Source of the DNA: Deltaproteobacteria bacterium
GTDB lineage: Bacteria > Desulfobacterota > Binatia > HRBIN30 > CADEER01
Direction: 5' to 3'
Assembly: GCA_033764095.1 (NCBI GenBank)
Contig: JANRJF010000255.1
Span: 20,154 to 84,153, forward strand
DNA: 64,000 nt
In this document: positions 19,985-33,104 of the stretch, piece by piece
Numbering within the stretch: position 1 is the stretch's first letter
Layout of the letters: every line of letters starts with the position of its first letter
Made by a program: the position numbers and the translations under genes
Notes under the pieces: model-generated
What the model saw: only the letters and a program-made list of their open reading frames with translations
What the model was told of the DNA's origin: nothing
The model's database searches: none

Positions 19985-21183
19985 GCGTGGGTTCTCGGCG
20001 CAGCGTCACCGAGAATGGCGACGACCGCTGTCTGAATCGGTTCTCCTGTCACAACGATCTCCGATCGGTCAACAAAGGCGTTCAGCTCGCTGCGCACGCC
20101 GAACTCGCCGGGCAGATACACGCCCGGCTCGACCGAGAAGCAGGTGCCGGGCAGCAGCCGGCGCGTGTCCGGCGTCTCGAAGCCATCGATGTTGGCGCCG
20201 TTGCCGTGCACCTCGACACCGATCGAATGGCCGGTGCGATGCACGAACTGCGGCCCATACCCGGCCGCTTCGATGACGCCGCGGGTCGCGGCATCGACGT
20301 CACAGCCGCGCAGCGGCGTGCCGTCGGCGAGCCCGCGACGCGCCGCCGCGACGCCGGCGTCGCGCGCCCGGCGCACGACGTCGAACACCGCCGCATGGCG
20401 CTCCGGCACCGCGCGGCCGACATAGCCAGTCCAGGTGATGTCGGCGTAGACGCCGTCGGGCTCCTTCGCCCAGAGGTCGATGAGGACGAACTCACCGGCG
20501 CCGATCGACCGCCCCGCGGCGGGCGTCTCGTAATGCGGATCGGCGCTGTGCGGGCCGGCGGCGACGATCGGGGGGTGATGGGTGACCAGGCCGTCCTGCG
20601 CGAAGCGCTCCAACAGGAAGCGCTGCACGCCGCCCTCGTCGCAGGGCCGGCCGGCGCGGCAGCGGGCGCCGATCTCGGCGAAGGCCGCGTCCACCGCCGC
20701 GCGCACCGCGCGCGCGGCGCGGCAGTGGCTGGCGTACTGCGCCGCGCTCCACACCGCCTCGAAGCGCTGCACCAGGTCGGCCGCGGTCCGTACCTCGACG
20801 CCGCAGCCGCGCACCAGCTCGACCGTACCGGCGTCGACCCGTGCGACGTACGGCACGGCGTTGAGCGGCGAGTACTGCATGGCAACGGTGCGCAGGCCGG
20901 CGAGCATCTCCGCCAGGCCGGCGTGCAACTCCTGCCAGGTGCGATAGACGCGCATCGCGCCGGGGAGTCCGCGCAAGGCGGCGGGCTCGACTGCCGACAC
21001 CAGGCCGCGCGGGGCGCCGGCGGTCGGGACCAGGTAGAACCAGCGCCGCGTCGCCAGGCGGTCGCCGAGCTCGAGGATGCGCGCCGCGATCGGATCGCTG
21101 CCGCGGAAGTCGCAGAACAGCCAGGCGTCGAGCCCCTCTTCCGCCACGGCGGCCTGCATGGCCGCCAGTCGATCCGCCTGCAT
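19981..21183 (-). CDS. M24 family metallopeptidase (Xaa-Pro aminopeptidase/creatinase-like)
   Basis: C-terminal pita-bread domain with metal ligands (DLWAKEPDGVYADITWTG, HRTGHSIGVEVHG, SVEPGVY) and an N-terminal creatinase-like domain. Confidence 0.85.
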   Translation of the reverse strand: MQADRLAAMQAAVAEEGLDAWLFCDFRGSDPIAARILELGDRLATRRWFYLVPTAGAPRGLVSAVEPAALRGLPGAMRVYRTWQELHAGLAEMLAGLRTVAMQYSPLNAVPYVARVDAGTVELVRGCGVEVRTAADLVQRFEAVWSAAQYASHCRAARAVRAAVDAAFAEIGARCRAGRPCDEGGVQRFLLERFAQDGLVTHHPPIVAAGPHSADPHYETPAAGRSIGAGEFVLIDLWAKEPDGVYADITWTGYVGRAVPERHAAVFDVVRRARDAGVAAARRGLADGTPLRGCDVDAATRGVIEAAGYGPQFVHRTGHSIGVEVHGNGANIDGFETPDTRRLLPGTCFSVEPGVYLPGEFGVRSELNAFVDRSEIVVTGEPIQTAVVAILGDAAPRTHA

Positions 21184-21301
21184 GTGCGGTGACGCTACCG
21201 GAACGGATCGACTCGGTCCAAGCCCGCCGGAGCAGGTGACGGCGGGCAGTCTGGTACGCGGCGGCGGTCCGCGTTACCCTCGCTGCCGGTCGCGTGTCGC
21301 C

Positions 21302-22321
21302 ATGCCTGCCGCCTTCGTTCCCAGACTGGTCAACCCGCCGTTCGGCGATCCCGGCCTCTACGTCGGACTGCGCCACCAGGGCCGCGCGATGCTCTTCGAC
21401 CTCGGCCGCCTCGACCGCCTGCCGGCCGCGGCGCTGATCAAGCTCACGCACGTCTTCGTGTCGCACACGCACATGGACCACTTCATCGGCTTCGACCACC
21501 TACTGCGCGTCCTGCTGGCGCGCGAGGTGCACATCGCGCTGTTCGGGCCGCCCGGCATCATCGCCAACGTGCGCGGCAAGCTGGCCGGCTACACCTGGAA
21601 CCTCATCGACAGCTACCCGTTCGAGCTCACCGTGCACGAGGTGCACCCCGACCGCATCGAGGCCGTGCACCTCCCGGCGCGCACCGCCTTCACCCCCGAG
21701 CCGCTGCCGGCGCAACCGTTCGACGGCACGCTGGTCGACACCGACACCCTCCGCGTCAGCACCGCGCACCTCGATCATCGCATCCCCTGCCTCGGCTTCG
21801 CGCTGACCGAAAAGACGCGCCTGAACGTCCGCGCCGAGGCGCTGGACGAGCTCGGCGTGCCGCCGGGTCGCTGGCTGAACCGACTGAAGGACGCGGTGCG
21901 CGCCGGCGAACCGGACGACACCCCGCTGATCGCCGAGTGGCGCGAGCAGGGCGCGGCGCGCACGGCGCAGTTCACCGTCGGCGCGCTGCGCGACCGGCTG
22001 CTGGTGGCGACGCGCGGCCAGAAGCTCGCCTACGTCGTCGACACCCTGTTCAGCCAGGCGAACCTCGAGCGCATCGGCGCGCTGGCGCGCGACGCCGACG
22101 TCTTCTTCTGCGAGTCGCTGTTCCTCGACGCCGACCGCGACCAGGCGAGCAAGCGCTACCACCTGACCGCGCGCCAGGCGGCGACGCTGGCCCGCGCCGC
22201 CGGCGTCGCGCGCCTGGAAACCTTCCACTTCTCCTCGCGCTACGACCGCGACCCGGCGCCGCTGCGCGCCGAGGCGCAGGCGGTCTTCCGCGGCGAGCTG
22301 CCGCCCGACGTCCCGGGCTGA
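21302..22321 (+). CDS. MBL-fold metallo-hydrolase
   Basis: Internal ATG at 21302. HxHxDH motif VSHTHMDHFIG. ~339 aa. Confidence 0.75.
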   Translation: MPAAFVPRLVNPPFGDPGLYVGLRHQGRAMLFDLGRLDRLPAAALIKLTHVFVSHTHMDHFIGFDHLLRVLLAREVHIALFGPPGIIANVRGKLAGYTWNLIDSYPFELTVHEVHPDRIEAVHLPARTAFTPEPLPAQPFDGTLVDTDTLRVSTAHLDHRIPCLGFALTEKTRLNVRAEALDELGVPPGRWLNRLKDAVRAGEPDDTPLIAEWREQGAARTAQFTVGALRDRLLVATRGQKLAYVVDTLFSQANLERIGALARDADVFFCESLFLDADRDQASKRYHLTARQAATLARAAGVARLETFHFSSRYDRDPAPLRAEAQAVFRGELPPDVPG

Positions 22322-22324
22322 GCC

Positions 22325-22768
22325 GTGTCGCTGAACGACGAGGCGCGCGCGTTTCTCGACCGGCATGCGGTCGCCCACCTGGCGACCGCCGGCGCCGACG
22401 GCGCCCCGCACGTCGTACCGCTGTGCTACGCGCGCCTCGGCGACGCGCTCTACTTCGTCGCCGACGACAAGCCGAAACGGCACGGGCCGCGCGGCCTGCG
22501 CCGGCTGGCCAACATCGCCGAGAATCCGCGCGTCGCACTGGTGGTCGACGACTACGACGACGCCTGGCAGCGGCTCGCCTACCTGCTGGTGCACGCCGAC
22601 GCGGCCGCGGTCACCGACGCCGCGGAATATGCCGCCGCGTTGGCGGCGCTGCGCGCGCGCTACGCCCCCTATCGACGCATGCCGCTCGGCGTCGCCACCC
22701 ATCCGATGGTGCGGCTGCAGCCGCGTCGCTGGCACCTGTGGCGCATCGACGAGGGCCGGTTGCGCTGA
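22325..22768 (+). CDS. pyridoxamine 5'-phosphate oxidase family protein (PPOX class, F420/FMN-binding split-barrel)
   Basis: GTG start. HLATAGADGAPHVVPLCY...LYF pattern of the PPOX/F420-dependent family. Confidence 0.65.
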   Translation: MSLNDEARAFLDRHAVAHLATAGADGAPHVVPLCYARLGDALYFVADDKPKRHGPRGLRRLANIAENPRVALVVDDYDDAWQRLAYLLVHADAAAVTDAAEYAAALAALRARYAPYRRMPLGVATHPMVRLQPRRWHLWRIDEGRLR

Positions 22769-22794
22769 CCGATCGCATCAGGTGTATTCGCGCC

Positions 22795-23442
22795 ATGCGG
22801 TGTGGAACGGTGCGGAATGGTGTGTGGATCGGCGCGCTCCTGGTGCTGCTCGCGGGATCGCTGAACAGCGGCTGCTTCCGCCAGGTGCGCAGCGCCGGCC
22901 CCGCGCCGAGCGCGGCGGGCGGCACCGCGACAGGTGAGTTCACCACACACGCCCTCCCCGTCTACCGCCTGGCGACCAGCGAGGTGCTGGTCGACTCGCC
23001 GTCGCGCCTGGTGGTGTTCCAGGTACGCCTGGAGGGCGGCGACAGCAGCTACGCCTTCACGCCGCGCGATCTCACCATCGCACTGCCCGACGGCACCCAG
23101 GCGGTCATCTTCGACCAGGCGCGCGCCGTCGAGTTGCTGCGCCGCACCACCATCGCCAACGCCGACTTCAGCTATCTGCAGCGCGACGGCCACGTGCCGG
23201 GCGGCATCGCCCCCTATTCGCGCCAGCCGATCGCCGAGATGGTGGCCAGCCGCCTGTTGAGCGAGGGCTCGTTCGGCGCCGGCGAGGCGCTGCAGGGCTA
23301 TGTCGTGGCGGACGTCGGCACCGCGCGCATGTCGCTCGACGGCACCGTCGTCGAGGTCACCGCGCGCCGGCTGCCGGATGCCGCGCCGACCCGTGCCACC
23401 TTCGTCCTCGCCACCGCACCAGCGGTCGGGGCAACGCGCTGA
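22795..23442 (+). CDS. hypothetical secreted/lipoprotein
   Basis: ATG at 22795 followed by a hydrophobic signal peptide (VWIGALLVLLAGSLNSGC) ending in Cys. No domain recognised. Confidence 0.5.
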   Translation: MRCGTVRNGVWIGALLVLLAGSLNSGCFRQVRSAGPAPSAAGGTATGEFTTHALPVYRLATSEVLVDSPSRLVVFQVRLEGGDSSYAFTPRDLTIALPDGTQAVIFDQARAVELLRRTTIANADFSYLQRDGHVPGGIAPYSRQPIAEMVASRLLSEGSFGAGEALQGYVVADVGTARMSLDGTVVEVTARRLPDAAPTRATFVLATAPAVGATR

Positions 23443-23444
23443 AC

Positions 23445-23744
23445 ATGGCCGCACCGACCAGCGATCGCGTCGCCTGGCTGGAGGGCGTGCTGCGCGCGGG
23501 CTTCTCGCCCGAACACCTCAGCGTCGAGGACGAGAGCCATCTGCACCGCGGGCATGCCGGCGCCGCCGGCGGCGGCGGACACTTCCGCGTCTGCATCGTC
23601 GCCGCCGCCTTCCGCGGCCAGAATCAGGTGGCGCGCCAGCGCGCCGTCTACGCCCTGCTCGGCGACGCGATGCGCAGCACCATCCACGCCCTCGCGCTGC
23701 GCACGCTGACGCCGGAGGAGTGGGCGGCCTCGCCGCGCGGCTGA
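23445..23744 (+). CDS. bolA: BolA family protein
   Basis: SHLHRGHAG...HFRVCIVAAAFRG...RQRAVY. 99 aa. Confidence 0.8.
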   Translation: MAAPTSDRVAWLEGVLRAGFSPEHLSVEDESHLHRGHAGAAGGGGHFRVCIVAAAFRGQNQVARQRAVYALLGDAMRSTIHALALRTLTPEEWAASPRG

Positions 23745-24568
23745 TGCCCGTCGACGGCTGGGTTGCGCACGGCGACCTCCGCCTGCACTACCTCGACTGG
23801 GGCCCCCCGGGGCGGCCGCCGGTGGTGTTGTTGCACGGCGGCTCGGCGCACGCGCACTGGTGGGACTTCACCCTCCCCTATCTCGCCGACCGCTACCGCT
23901 GCATCGCGCTCGACCTGCGCGGCCACGGCGACAGCGGCCGGCCGGCCGACGGCGACTACAGCCTCGCCGCGCACGCCGCTGACGCGCTGGCACTGTTCGA
24001 TGCGCTCGACCTGCACCGCCCGGCCCTGATCGGTCATTCGTTCGGCGGCTTCGTCGCAATGGTGCTGGCCGGCCAGGCCCCCGATCGCCTTGCCGCGCTG
24101 GCGCTGGTCGACAGCCGCGCCCGCATCGGCGTACGCAGCGCCCGCTTGCTGGAGGCGCTGCGCAAGCTGCCACATCCCCGCTGGGCCACTCGCGAGGAGG
24201 CAATCACCCGCTTTCGCCTGCTGCCCGCCGACACCACCGCCGCCCCCGAGGTGCTGGCGCAGGTCGCCGAACACGGCCTGGCGCTGGATACGAACGGCAC
24301 CTGGTCGCTCAAGTTCGATCGCCGCGCCCTCGCCGGCGCCGGCGCGCAGGATCTGGCGCCGCACCTCACCGCGCTGCGCTGCCCGGTGCTGGCGGTGCGC
24401 GCCGCGTCGAGCGCCATCGTCGGCCCAGAAGCGATGGCCGAGTACCGGACCGCCGTGCCGCACGTCGAGTTGGCGGAGATCGCCGATGCCCACCACCACG
24501 TCATGCTCGATCAGCCGCAGGCGTTGGCGCGCGTGCTGGGCGATTTCCTCGACCGCACCTTCCGCTGA
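23744..24568 (+). CDS. alpha/beta hydrolase
   Basis: ATG overlaps the bolA stop (TGATG). HGGSAHAHWW, nucleophile elbow GHSFGG. 274 aa. Confidence 0.8.
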   Translation: MPVDGWVAHGDLRLHYLDWGPPGRPPVVLLHGGSAHAHWWDFTLPYLADRYRCIALDLRGHGDSGRPADGDYSLAAHAADALALFDALDLHRPALIGHSFGGFVAMVLAGQAPDRLAALALVDSRARIGVRSARLLEALRKLPHPRWATREEAITRFRLLPADTTAAPEVLAQVAEHGLALDTNGTWSLKFDRRALAGAGAQDLAPHLTALRCPVLAVRAASSAIVGPEAMAEYRTAVPHVELAEIADAHHHVMLDQPQALARVLGDFLDRTFR

Positions 24569-24613
24569 CGAGCCGCGGCCGGCCTACCAACGCCCTGCGC
24601 CATGCGCTAGTCC

Positions 24614-25396
24614 TTGCCGCGCATGGCGCATCGCAGCGACGTGATCGAGGTGCGCGGCGTGCGCACCCGTCTCCTGAAGGGCGGTCGCGGCCAGCCGCTG
24701 CTCGTCCTGCACCCGGAATTCGGCGCCGGATTGTGGGCGCCGTATCATGATGCGTTGGCGGCGCGCTTCCACGTGCTGGCGCCCGATCATCCCGGCTTCG
24801 GCGGCAGCGAGCGGCCGAATTGGCTCGACCACATCGACGACCTGGTCTTCCACTACATCGACCTGCTCGATCAGCTCGGCATCGAGCGCGCGGCGATCGC
24901 CGGGTGCTCGCTCGGAGGATGGATCGCGGCGGCGTTCGCCATCGCCCACCCGGAACGCGTCGAACGCCTGGTGCTCGCGGCGCCGGCCGGGGTGAAGGTC
25001 GACGGCGTGCCGCGCTACGACTATTTCGCCAACCCGATCGAGGACGTGCTGACCCACCTCTTCCACGATCCGGCGCGCGCCGCGCAGATCCTGCCGGAGG
25101 AGTACGGCGCCGAGGTGGTGGTGCGCGGCTACCACGAGCTGACCACGCTGGCGCGGCTGTCGTGGAATCCGTACCTCTACGACCCGAAGCTGCAGCAACG
25201 CCTGCCGCGCGTCCGCACACCGACCCTGCTGCTGTGGGGGGCCGAGGACGCCGTCCTGCCGCCGCCGCACGCCGACGCCTGGGCGGCGCTGCTGCCCTAC
25301 GCGACGCTGCGCCTGCTCACCGCCTGCGGTCATCTGGCACCATTCGAGCAGGCCGACGCCTGCGCGCGCCACACCATCGAGTTCCTCAGCGCCTGA
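24614..25396 (+). CDS. alpha/beta hydrolase
   Basis: LVLHPEFGAG, nucleophile elbow GCSLGG. 260 aa. Confidence 0.8.
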   Translation: MPRMAHRSDVIEVRGVRTRLLKGGRGQPLLVLHPEFGAGLWAPYHDALAARFHVLAPDHPGFGGSERPNWLDHIDDLVFHYIDLLDQLGIERAAIAGCSLGGWIAAAFAIAHPERVERLVLAAPAGVKVDGVPRYDYFANPIEDVLTHLFHDPARAAQILPEEYGAEVVVRGYHELTTLARLSWNPYLYDPKLQQRLPRVRTPTLLLWGAEDAVLPPPHADAWAALLPYATLRLLTACGHLAPFEQADACARHTIEFLSA

Positions 25397-26565
25397 TGCA
25401 GTTCTTCTACTTCCACCTGATGCCGTGGCCGCACCTGCCGCGCGACTTCGACCGCGCCTACGATTCGGCCTGGGTGACGCTGCCGAATCGGCTCTACGAT
25501 CCGAAGCGCGGGCATCGGCTCTACAACGAGTACCTCGACGAGCTCGAGTACGCGGAAGCGCTCGGCTTCGACGGCGTCTGCGTCAACGAGCACCACCAGA
25601 ACGCCTACGGCACCATGCCATCGCCCAACCTGATGGCGGCGGCCCTGGTGCGCCGCACGCGGCGCGTCAAGCTCGCCATCCTCGGCAACGCCATCGGCCT
25701 GCGCGACCATCCGCTGCGCGTCGCCGAGGAGATCGCGATGCTCGACGTGCTGTCGGGCGGCCGCGTCATCTCCGGCTTCGTGCGCGGCATCGGCTGCGAG
25801 CACCTGTCGCTCGGTATCGACCCGACCCACTCGCGCGCACGCTTCTACGAGGCGCACGATCTGATCCTGCGCGCCTGGACCGAGCCCGGGCCGTTCACCT
25901 TCGAGGGCGACCACTTCCGCGTCCGCTACGCCAACATCTGGCCGCGCCCGCTGCAGCGCCCGCACCCGCCGGTCTGGCTGCCGTCGCAGGGCAGCCCGGA
26001 AACCATCACCTTCGGGGCGCGGCACCGCTATCCGTTCGTCAGCGTCTTCACCCCGTATGCCAACGCCCGCCGCCTGCTGACCGAGTATCGCGACGCAGCG
26101 GAGCGCGAGGGCTACCGGGCCAAACCGGCGCAGCTCGGCTTCGCCGTGCCGACCTACGTGGCGCGTACCGACGCCGAGGCGCGGCGCGACGCCAAGCCAC
26201 ACATCCTGTGGCTGTTCCGCCGCGGCCTGAAGATCCCGCCGCATTTCCTCGCGCCGCCCGGCTATCTGAGCGAGGACACCCTGCGCCGCTTCCTGCTCGC
26301 CGGCGTGAAGCCGCCGAGCGAGCTGAGCTTCGAGGAGCTCGAGCGCGACGGCTACATCCTGGTCGGCAGCCCGGCGACGGTGCGCGACCGACTGAAGGAG
26401 ATCGAGCGCGACCTCGGCATCGGGGTCTTCGTCGGCTGCGGGCGCATCGGCGACATGTCGCACGCCAAGGCGACGCGCAGCGCCGCGCTCTTCGCGCGCC
26501 AGGTGATGCCGCACTTCCGCCCGCGCCGCGGCGCCGCGGCGGGACGGGGAGCGCGCCGGCGATGA
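25396..26565 (+). CDS. LLM-class (luciferase-like) flavin-dependent oxidoreductase
   Basis: ATG overlaps the preceding stop (TGATG). TIM-barrel luciferase-like monooxygenase pattern (VCVNEHH, LAILGNAIGL, RLKEIERDLGI). Confidence 0.75.
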   Translation: MQFFYFHLMPWPHLPRDFDRAYDSAWVTLPNRLYDPKRGHRLYNEYLDELEYAEALGFDGVCVNEHHQNAYGTMPSPNLMAAALVRRTRRVKLAILGNAIGLRDHPLRVAEEIAMLDVLSGGRVISGFVRGIGCEHLSLGIDPTHSRARFYEAHDLILRAWTEPGPFTFEGDHFRVRYANIWPRPLQRPHPPVWLPSQGSPETITFGARHRYPFVSVFTPYANARRLLTEYRDAAEREGYRAKPAQLGFAVPTYVARTDAEARRDAKPHILWLFRRGLKIPPHFLAPPGYLSEDTLRRFLLAGVKPPSELSFEELERDGYILVGSPATVRDRLKEIERDLGIGVFVGCGRIGDMSHAKATRSAALFARQVMPHFRPRRGAAAGRGARRR

Positions 26566-27821
26566 CCGACTTCGTCGACGAAGCGGCGCGGCGCACGCCG
26601 GTACGGGCGCGCACACAGGTGCTGGTGGTGGGCGGCGGCAGCGCCGGTGCCGCCGCCGCCATCGCCGCGGCGCGCCAGGGGGCCGACACCATGCTGGTCG
26701 AGCGCAGCGGCGGGCTCGGCGGCCTGGCCACCGGCGGCCTGATCATCCTGCTGCTGACGCTCGACGACGGCGACGGCGAACAGGTGATTGCCGGACTCTG
26801 CCAGGAGGTGGTCGATCGCATCGCCGCCCGCGGCGGCGTCTTCCACCCGCCGCGCGGCGAGTGGGGCTCGCGCGACGAGGCGAAGATCGAGAGCTACCGG
26901 CGGTGGGGCCTGGTGTGGGGCTCGGGCCCGCACCGGGTGCGCTACTCGGTCGCCTACGACCCGGAGGAGCTGCGCTTCGCCCTCAACGAAATGGTCGAGG
27001 CCAGCGGCGCACGGCTGCTGCTGCACGCCTGGGGCTGCGAGCCGCTACGCGACGGCGACCGGCTGACCGGCGTGGCGTTCCAGAGCAAGGCCGGCCGCTT
27101 CGCGGTGCTCGCCGACGTGGTCATCGACGCGACCGGTGACGGCGACTTGTTCGCCGCCGCCGGCGCGCCGTTCGAGCTCGAGAAGGTGCTGCCGTGGCTG
27201 TGGTTCCGCATGGGCGGCGTCGAGGACATCGACGGCGCCCTGGACGACGGCGGCTGGTTCTTCCGCACCGTCGGCGACGGCCAGGTGCTGCTGCCGTGGG
27301 GCGCCACCGAGCGCATCCTGCGCAAGATCGACGCCACCGATCCGGCCGACCTGACGCTCGCCGAGGTCGAGTGCCGCAAGATGGTGATGCGCGAGGTCGA
27401 CCGCCTGCGCGCCGAGGTACCGCAGTTCCGCCGTGCGCACCTGTGCGACATCGCGACGCAGCTCGGCATCACCGAGAGCCGCCGCCTGATCGGTGAATAC
27501 GTGCTGCGCCGCGAGGATGCCGGCAAGCCGTTCGACGACGCGATCGGCATCACCGGGCACTGGACCAGCTACGGGACGCGCTACTGGATTCCGTATCGCT
27601 GCCTGCAGGTGCCGGCATTCGCCAACCTACTGGCGGCGGGGCGCTGTATCTCGGTGGACCACCGCGTCCATCACGCCACCAAGGAGATTCCGGCCTGCAT
27701 GGTCACCGGCCAGGCGGCCGGCACGGCGGCCGGACTGGCGGTCGCCGCCGGCCTCACGCCGCGTCAGGTCGATGCCGACGCCCTGCGCGATACCTTGCGG
27801 CGAGCCGGCGCGATCGTGTAG
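26562..27821 (+). CDS. FAD-dependent oxidoreductase
   Basis: ATG overlaps the LLM stop (ATGA). Rossmann dinucleotide motif [14 protein letters not shown]. Confidence 0.75.
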   Translation: MTDFVDEAARRTPVRARTQVLVVGGGSAGAAAAIAAARQGADTMLVERSGGLGGLATGGLIILLLTLDDGDGEQVIAGLCQEVVDRIAARGGVFHPPRGEWGSRDEAKIESYRRWGLVWGSGPHRVRYSVAYDPEELRFALNEMVEASGARLLLHAWGCEPLRDGDRLTGVAFQSKAGRFAVLADVVIDATGDGDLFAAAGAPFELEKVLPWLWFRMGGVEDIDGALDDGGWFFRTVGDGQVLLPWGATERILRKIDATDPADLTLAEVECRKMVMREVDRLRAEVPQFRRAHLCDIATQLGITESRRLIGEYVLRREDAGKPFDDAIGITGHWTSYGTRYWIPYRCLQVPAFANLLAAGRCISVDHRVHHATKEIPACMVTGQAAGTAAGLAVAAGLTPRQVDADALRDTLRRAGAIV

Positions 27822-27831
27822 GCGCCGGTCG

Positions 27832-29439
<1,608 letters not shown>

Positions 29440-29447
29440 GTCCGCCG

Positions 29448-30940
<1,493 letters not shown>

Positions 30941-30941
<1 letters not shown>

Positions 30942-31438
30942 TGCACAGCACCTATCAGCTCGGCGCCCGCCACCTGCACGTCGGCCTGCGGCGCGAGGGC
31001 GCCGGGCGCTTCGAGGCCACGACCGACAGCGGCGTACAGCAGGTCGACGCGGCGCTGGTCGACGGGCACACCGTCCAGCTGTGCATCGGCGACGCGGTGC
31101 ATGTCGCACACGTCGTGCGGGTCGGCGCGGTGGCGCACGTCTGGCTCGCCGGACGCGCCTATGTGCTGGAGCCCGAACGCGCCACGAGCAGCAGCCATGC
31201 GGTGCTGGCGCCGCCGCAGATCGTCGCGCCGATGCCGGGCAAGGTGCTGGAGGTGCTGGTCAGCCCCGGCCAGCAGGTCGCGGAGGGCGACGGGCTGGTG
31301 ATCCTCGAGGCGATGAAGATGGAGCACCGCATCACCGCCGCCGCCGCCGCGACCGTGCGCGCGGTGCATGCCAGCGGCGGGCAGATGGTCGACGGCGGCG
31401 CGGTGTTGATCGAGCTGGAGTACGCCGGCGACGACTGA
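30941..31438 (+). CDS. biotin carboxyl carrier protein (stand-alone biotinyl/lipoyl domain)
   Basis: ATG overlaps the BC stop (TGATG). C-terminal EAMKMEH biotin-attachment motif. 165 aa. Confidence 0.75.
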
Positions 31439-31444
31439 CGCCGC

Positions 31445-32350
31445 TCAGAGCGTCGTGCCGGGGCGCAGGCCGAGGCCCTCGGCCGCCTCGGCGGCGGCGA
31501 GCTTCTTGTCGCCGACGCGCAGGCGCCCGACGCGGATCGCGCCGCCGGCGGCGCCGATGGTCACCCCGTCGGCATCGACGCTCAGGACCTGGGCGGGCGT
31601 CGCGTCGGCGCGATCGACACGCCGCGCATCGTGACAACGCACTTTCGCGTCGCCATGCGTGAACCAGGCACCGGGCTGTGGATCGCAGCCACGGATCAGG
31701 TTGTAGACCTCGGCCACCGGCCGCCGCCAATCGAGCGCGGCGTGCTCGTCTCGACAGAGCGGATCGTAGGTGGCGAGCGCCTCGTTCTGCGTCTCGCGCG
31801 GCGGGTCGCCGTCGGCGACCAGGTCGACGGCGTCGAGCACCGCGTCGACGCCGAGCGGGAAGAGGGTGTTGTAGTAGAGCGAGCCGGCGGTGTCGTCGGG
31901 CCCGATCGCCGCGTCGCGCTGCAGCAGCAACGGGCCGGTGTCGATACCGGGATCGACCCAGAACAGGCTGACACCGGTGCGCGTCTCACCCTTGATGATC
32001 TGCCAGGGGATCGCGCTGCCGCCGCGGTAGCGGGGCAGCAGTGACGGGTGGAAGCAGATGCTGCCGAGGCGCGGCGTCTCGAACACCGCCGGGGGCACGA
32101 TCTGGGTGACATAGGCAAGCACGCCGAGCTCGGGCGCATACGCCGCCAGCTCGCGCGGCACCTCCGGCCCCTTGAGCGACTTGTGCTGGTGCACCGACAG
32201 CCCGAGCGCCAGGGCGCGCGCCTTGAACGGGTCCGGTCGAGTGCCCGCGTCGGGCGGGCAGTAGGTCGCGACCACGTCGTGGCCGCGCTCGATGAGGCCG
32301 TCGAGCACCTTCTCGGCAAAGGCCGCCTGGCCGAACAGGGCAATGCGCAT
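31445..32350 (-). CDS. formyltransferase family protein (Fmt-like, N- and C-terminal domains)
   Basis: ATG at 32350 with GGAG SD. MRIALFGQAAF, SLLPRYRGGSAIPW (HxSLLPxxRG motif region). Confidence 0.75.
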   Translation of the reverse strand: MRIALFGQAAFAEKVLDGLIERGHDVVATYCPPDAGTRPDPFKARALALGLSVHQHKSLKGPEVPRELAAYAPELGVLAYVTQIVPPAVFETPRLGSICFHPSLLPRYRGGSAIPWQIIKGETRTGVSLFWVDPGIDTGPLLLQRDAAIGPDDTAGSLYYNTLFPLGVDAVLDAVDLVADGDPPRETQNEALATYDPLCRDEHAALDWRRPVAEVYNLIRGCDPQPGAWFTHGDAKVRCHDARRVDRADATPAQVLSVDADGVTIGAAGGAIRVGRLRVGDKKLAAAEAAEGLGLRPGTTL

Positions 32351-32369
32351 GGGGAGACTCCTTTGTGGC

Positions 32370-33104
32370 TCAGGCGCAGTCGGTGGGATCGAGCAGCGCG
32401 CCAACCGCGTCGACCAGACGGCGCGCGACCGCGCGGGCATCGCCATCGCTGCGCAGCAGGCGGTTGTTGATCTCCAACTCGACGTAGCGCAAGCCGTGGC
32501 GCCGGCCGTGGAGGCGCGCGCTGAAGATCAGGCCGTCGAGGCCCGAATACGGCTCGTTCATGCGCACGGCGAAGCCGGCCGCGCTGGTGGCCGCGGCCAG
32601 CCGTTCGGCGACGTCGTCGAAGGCGTCGAACAGTACGCCGACGTCGAACGGCCGCTGGCGCCCGTGCAGCGCCGGCGTGAACGAGTGGATGCTGAGCAGC
32701 AGCGCGTCGGGATGCGACGCCAGCGTCGCGTCGATTGCGGCATGGAACGGCTCGTAGAAGCGCTGCAGGCGGGCGCGGCGTTCCGACGCGTCAATGCGCG
32801 TGTTGCCGGGGATGGCGACGCCGCAGCTCTGGTGCGGCATCAGGTCATGGTCGGTGAGGCCGCGGTTGCAGTCGACCAGCAGGCGCGAGGCGCCGCTCAG
32901 CACCGCCGGCGCGTTCAGCTGGCGGGCGAGCTCGTCGCTGACCGCAGCGGCACCGATGTCCCAGCCGATGTGGTCGCGCACCTGCTCGGCGGCCAGACCG
33001 AGGTTGGCGTACTCGGCCGGCACGTCGGGCGAAGCGTGTTCGCAGGTGATCACCAGCCGCGCGTCGCGCGCCGGCCCCGCGACGGTGACGGGAACGAAGC
33101 TCAC
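32370..33104 (-). CDS. N-formylglutamate amidohydrolase family protein
   Basis: ITCEHASPDVP, LLLSIHSFTP: FGase/HutG-like zinc hydrolase pattern. Confidence 0.75.
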   Translation of the reverse strand: MSFVPVTVAGPARDARLVITCEHASPDVPAEYANLGLAAEQVRDHIGWDIGAAAVSDELARQLNAPAVLSGASRLLVDCNRGLTDHDLMPHQSCGVAIPGNTRIDASERRARLQRFYEPFHAAIDATLASHPDALLLSIHSFTPALHGRQRPFDVGVLFDAFDDVAERLAAATSAAGFAVRMNEPYSGLDGLIFSARLHGRRHGLRYVELEINNRLLRSDGDARAVARRLVDAVGALLDPTDCA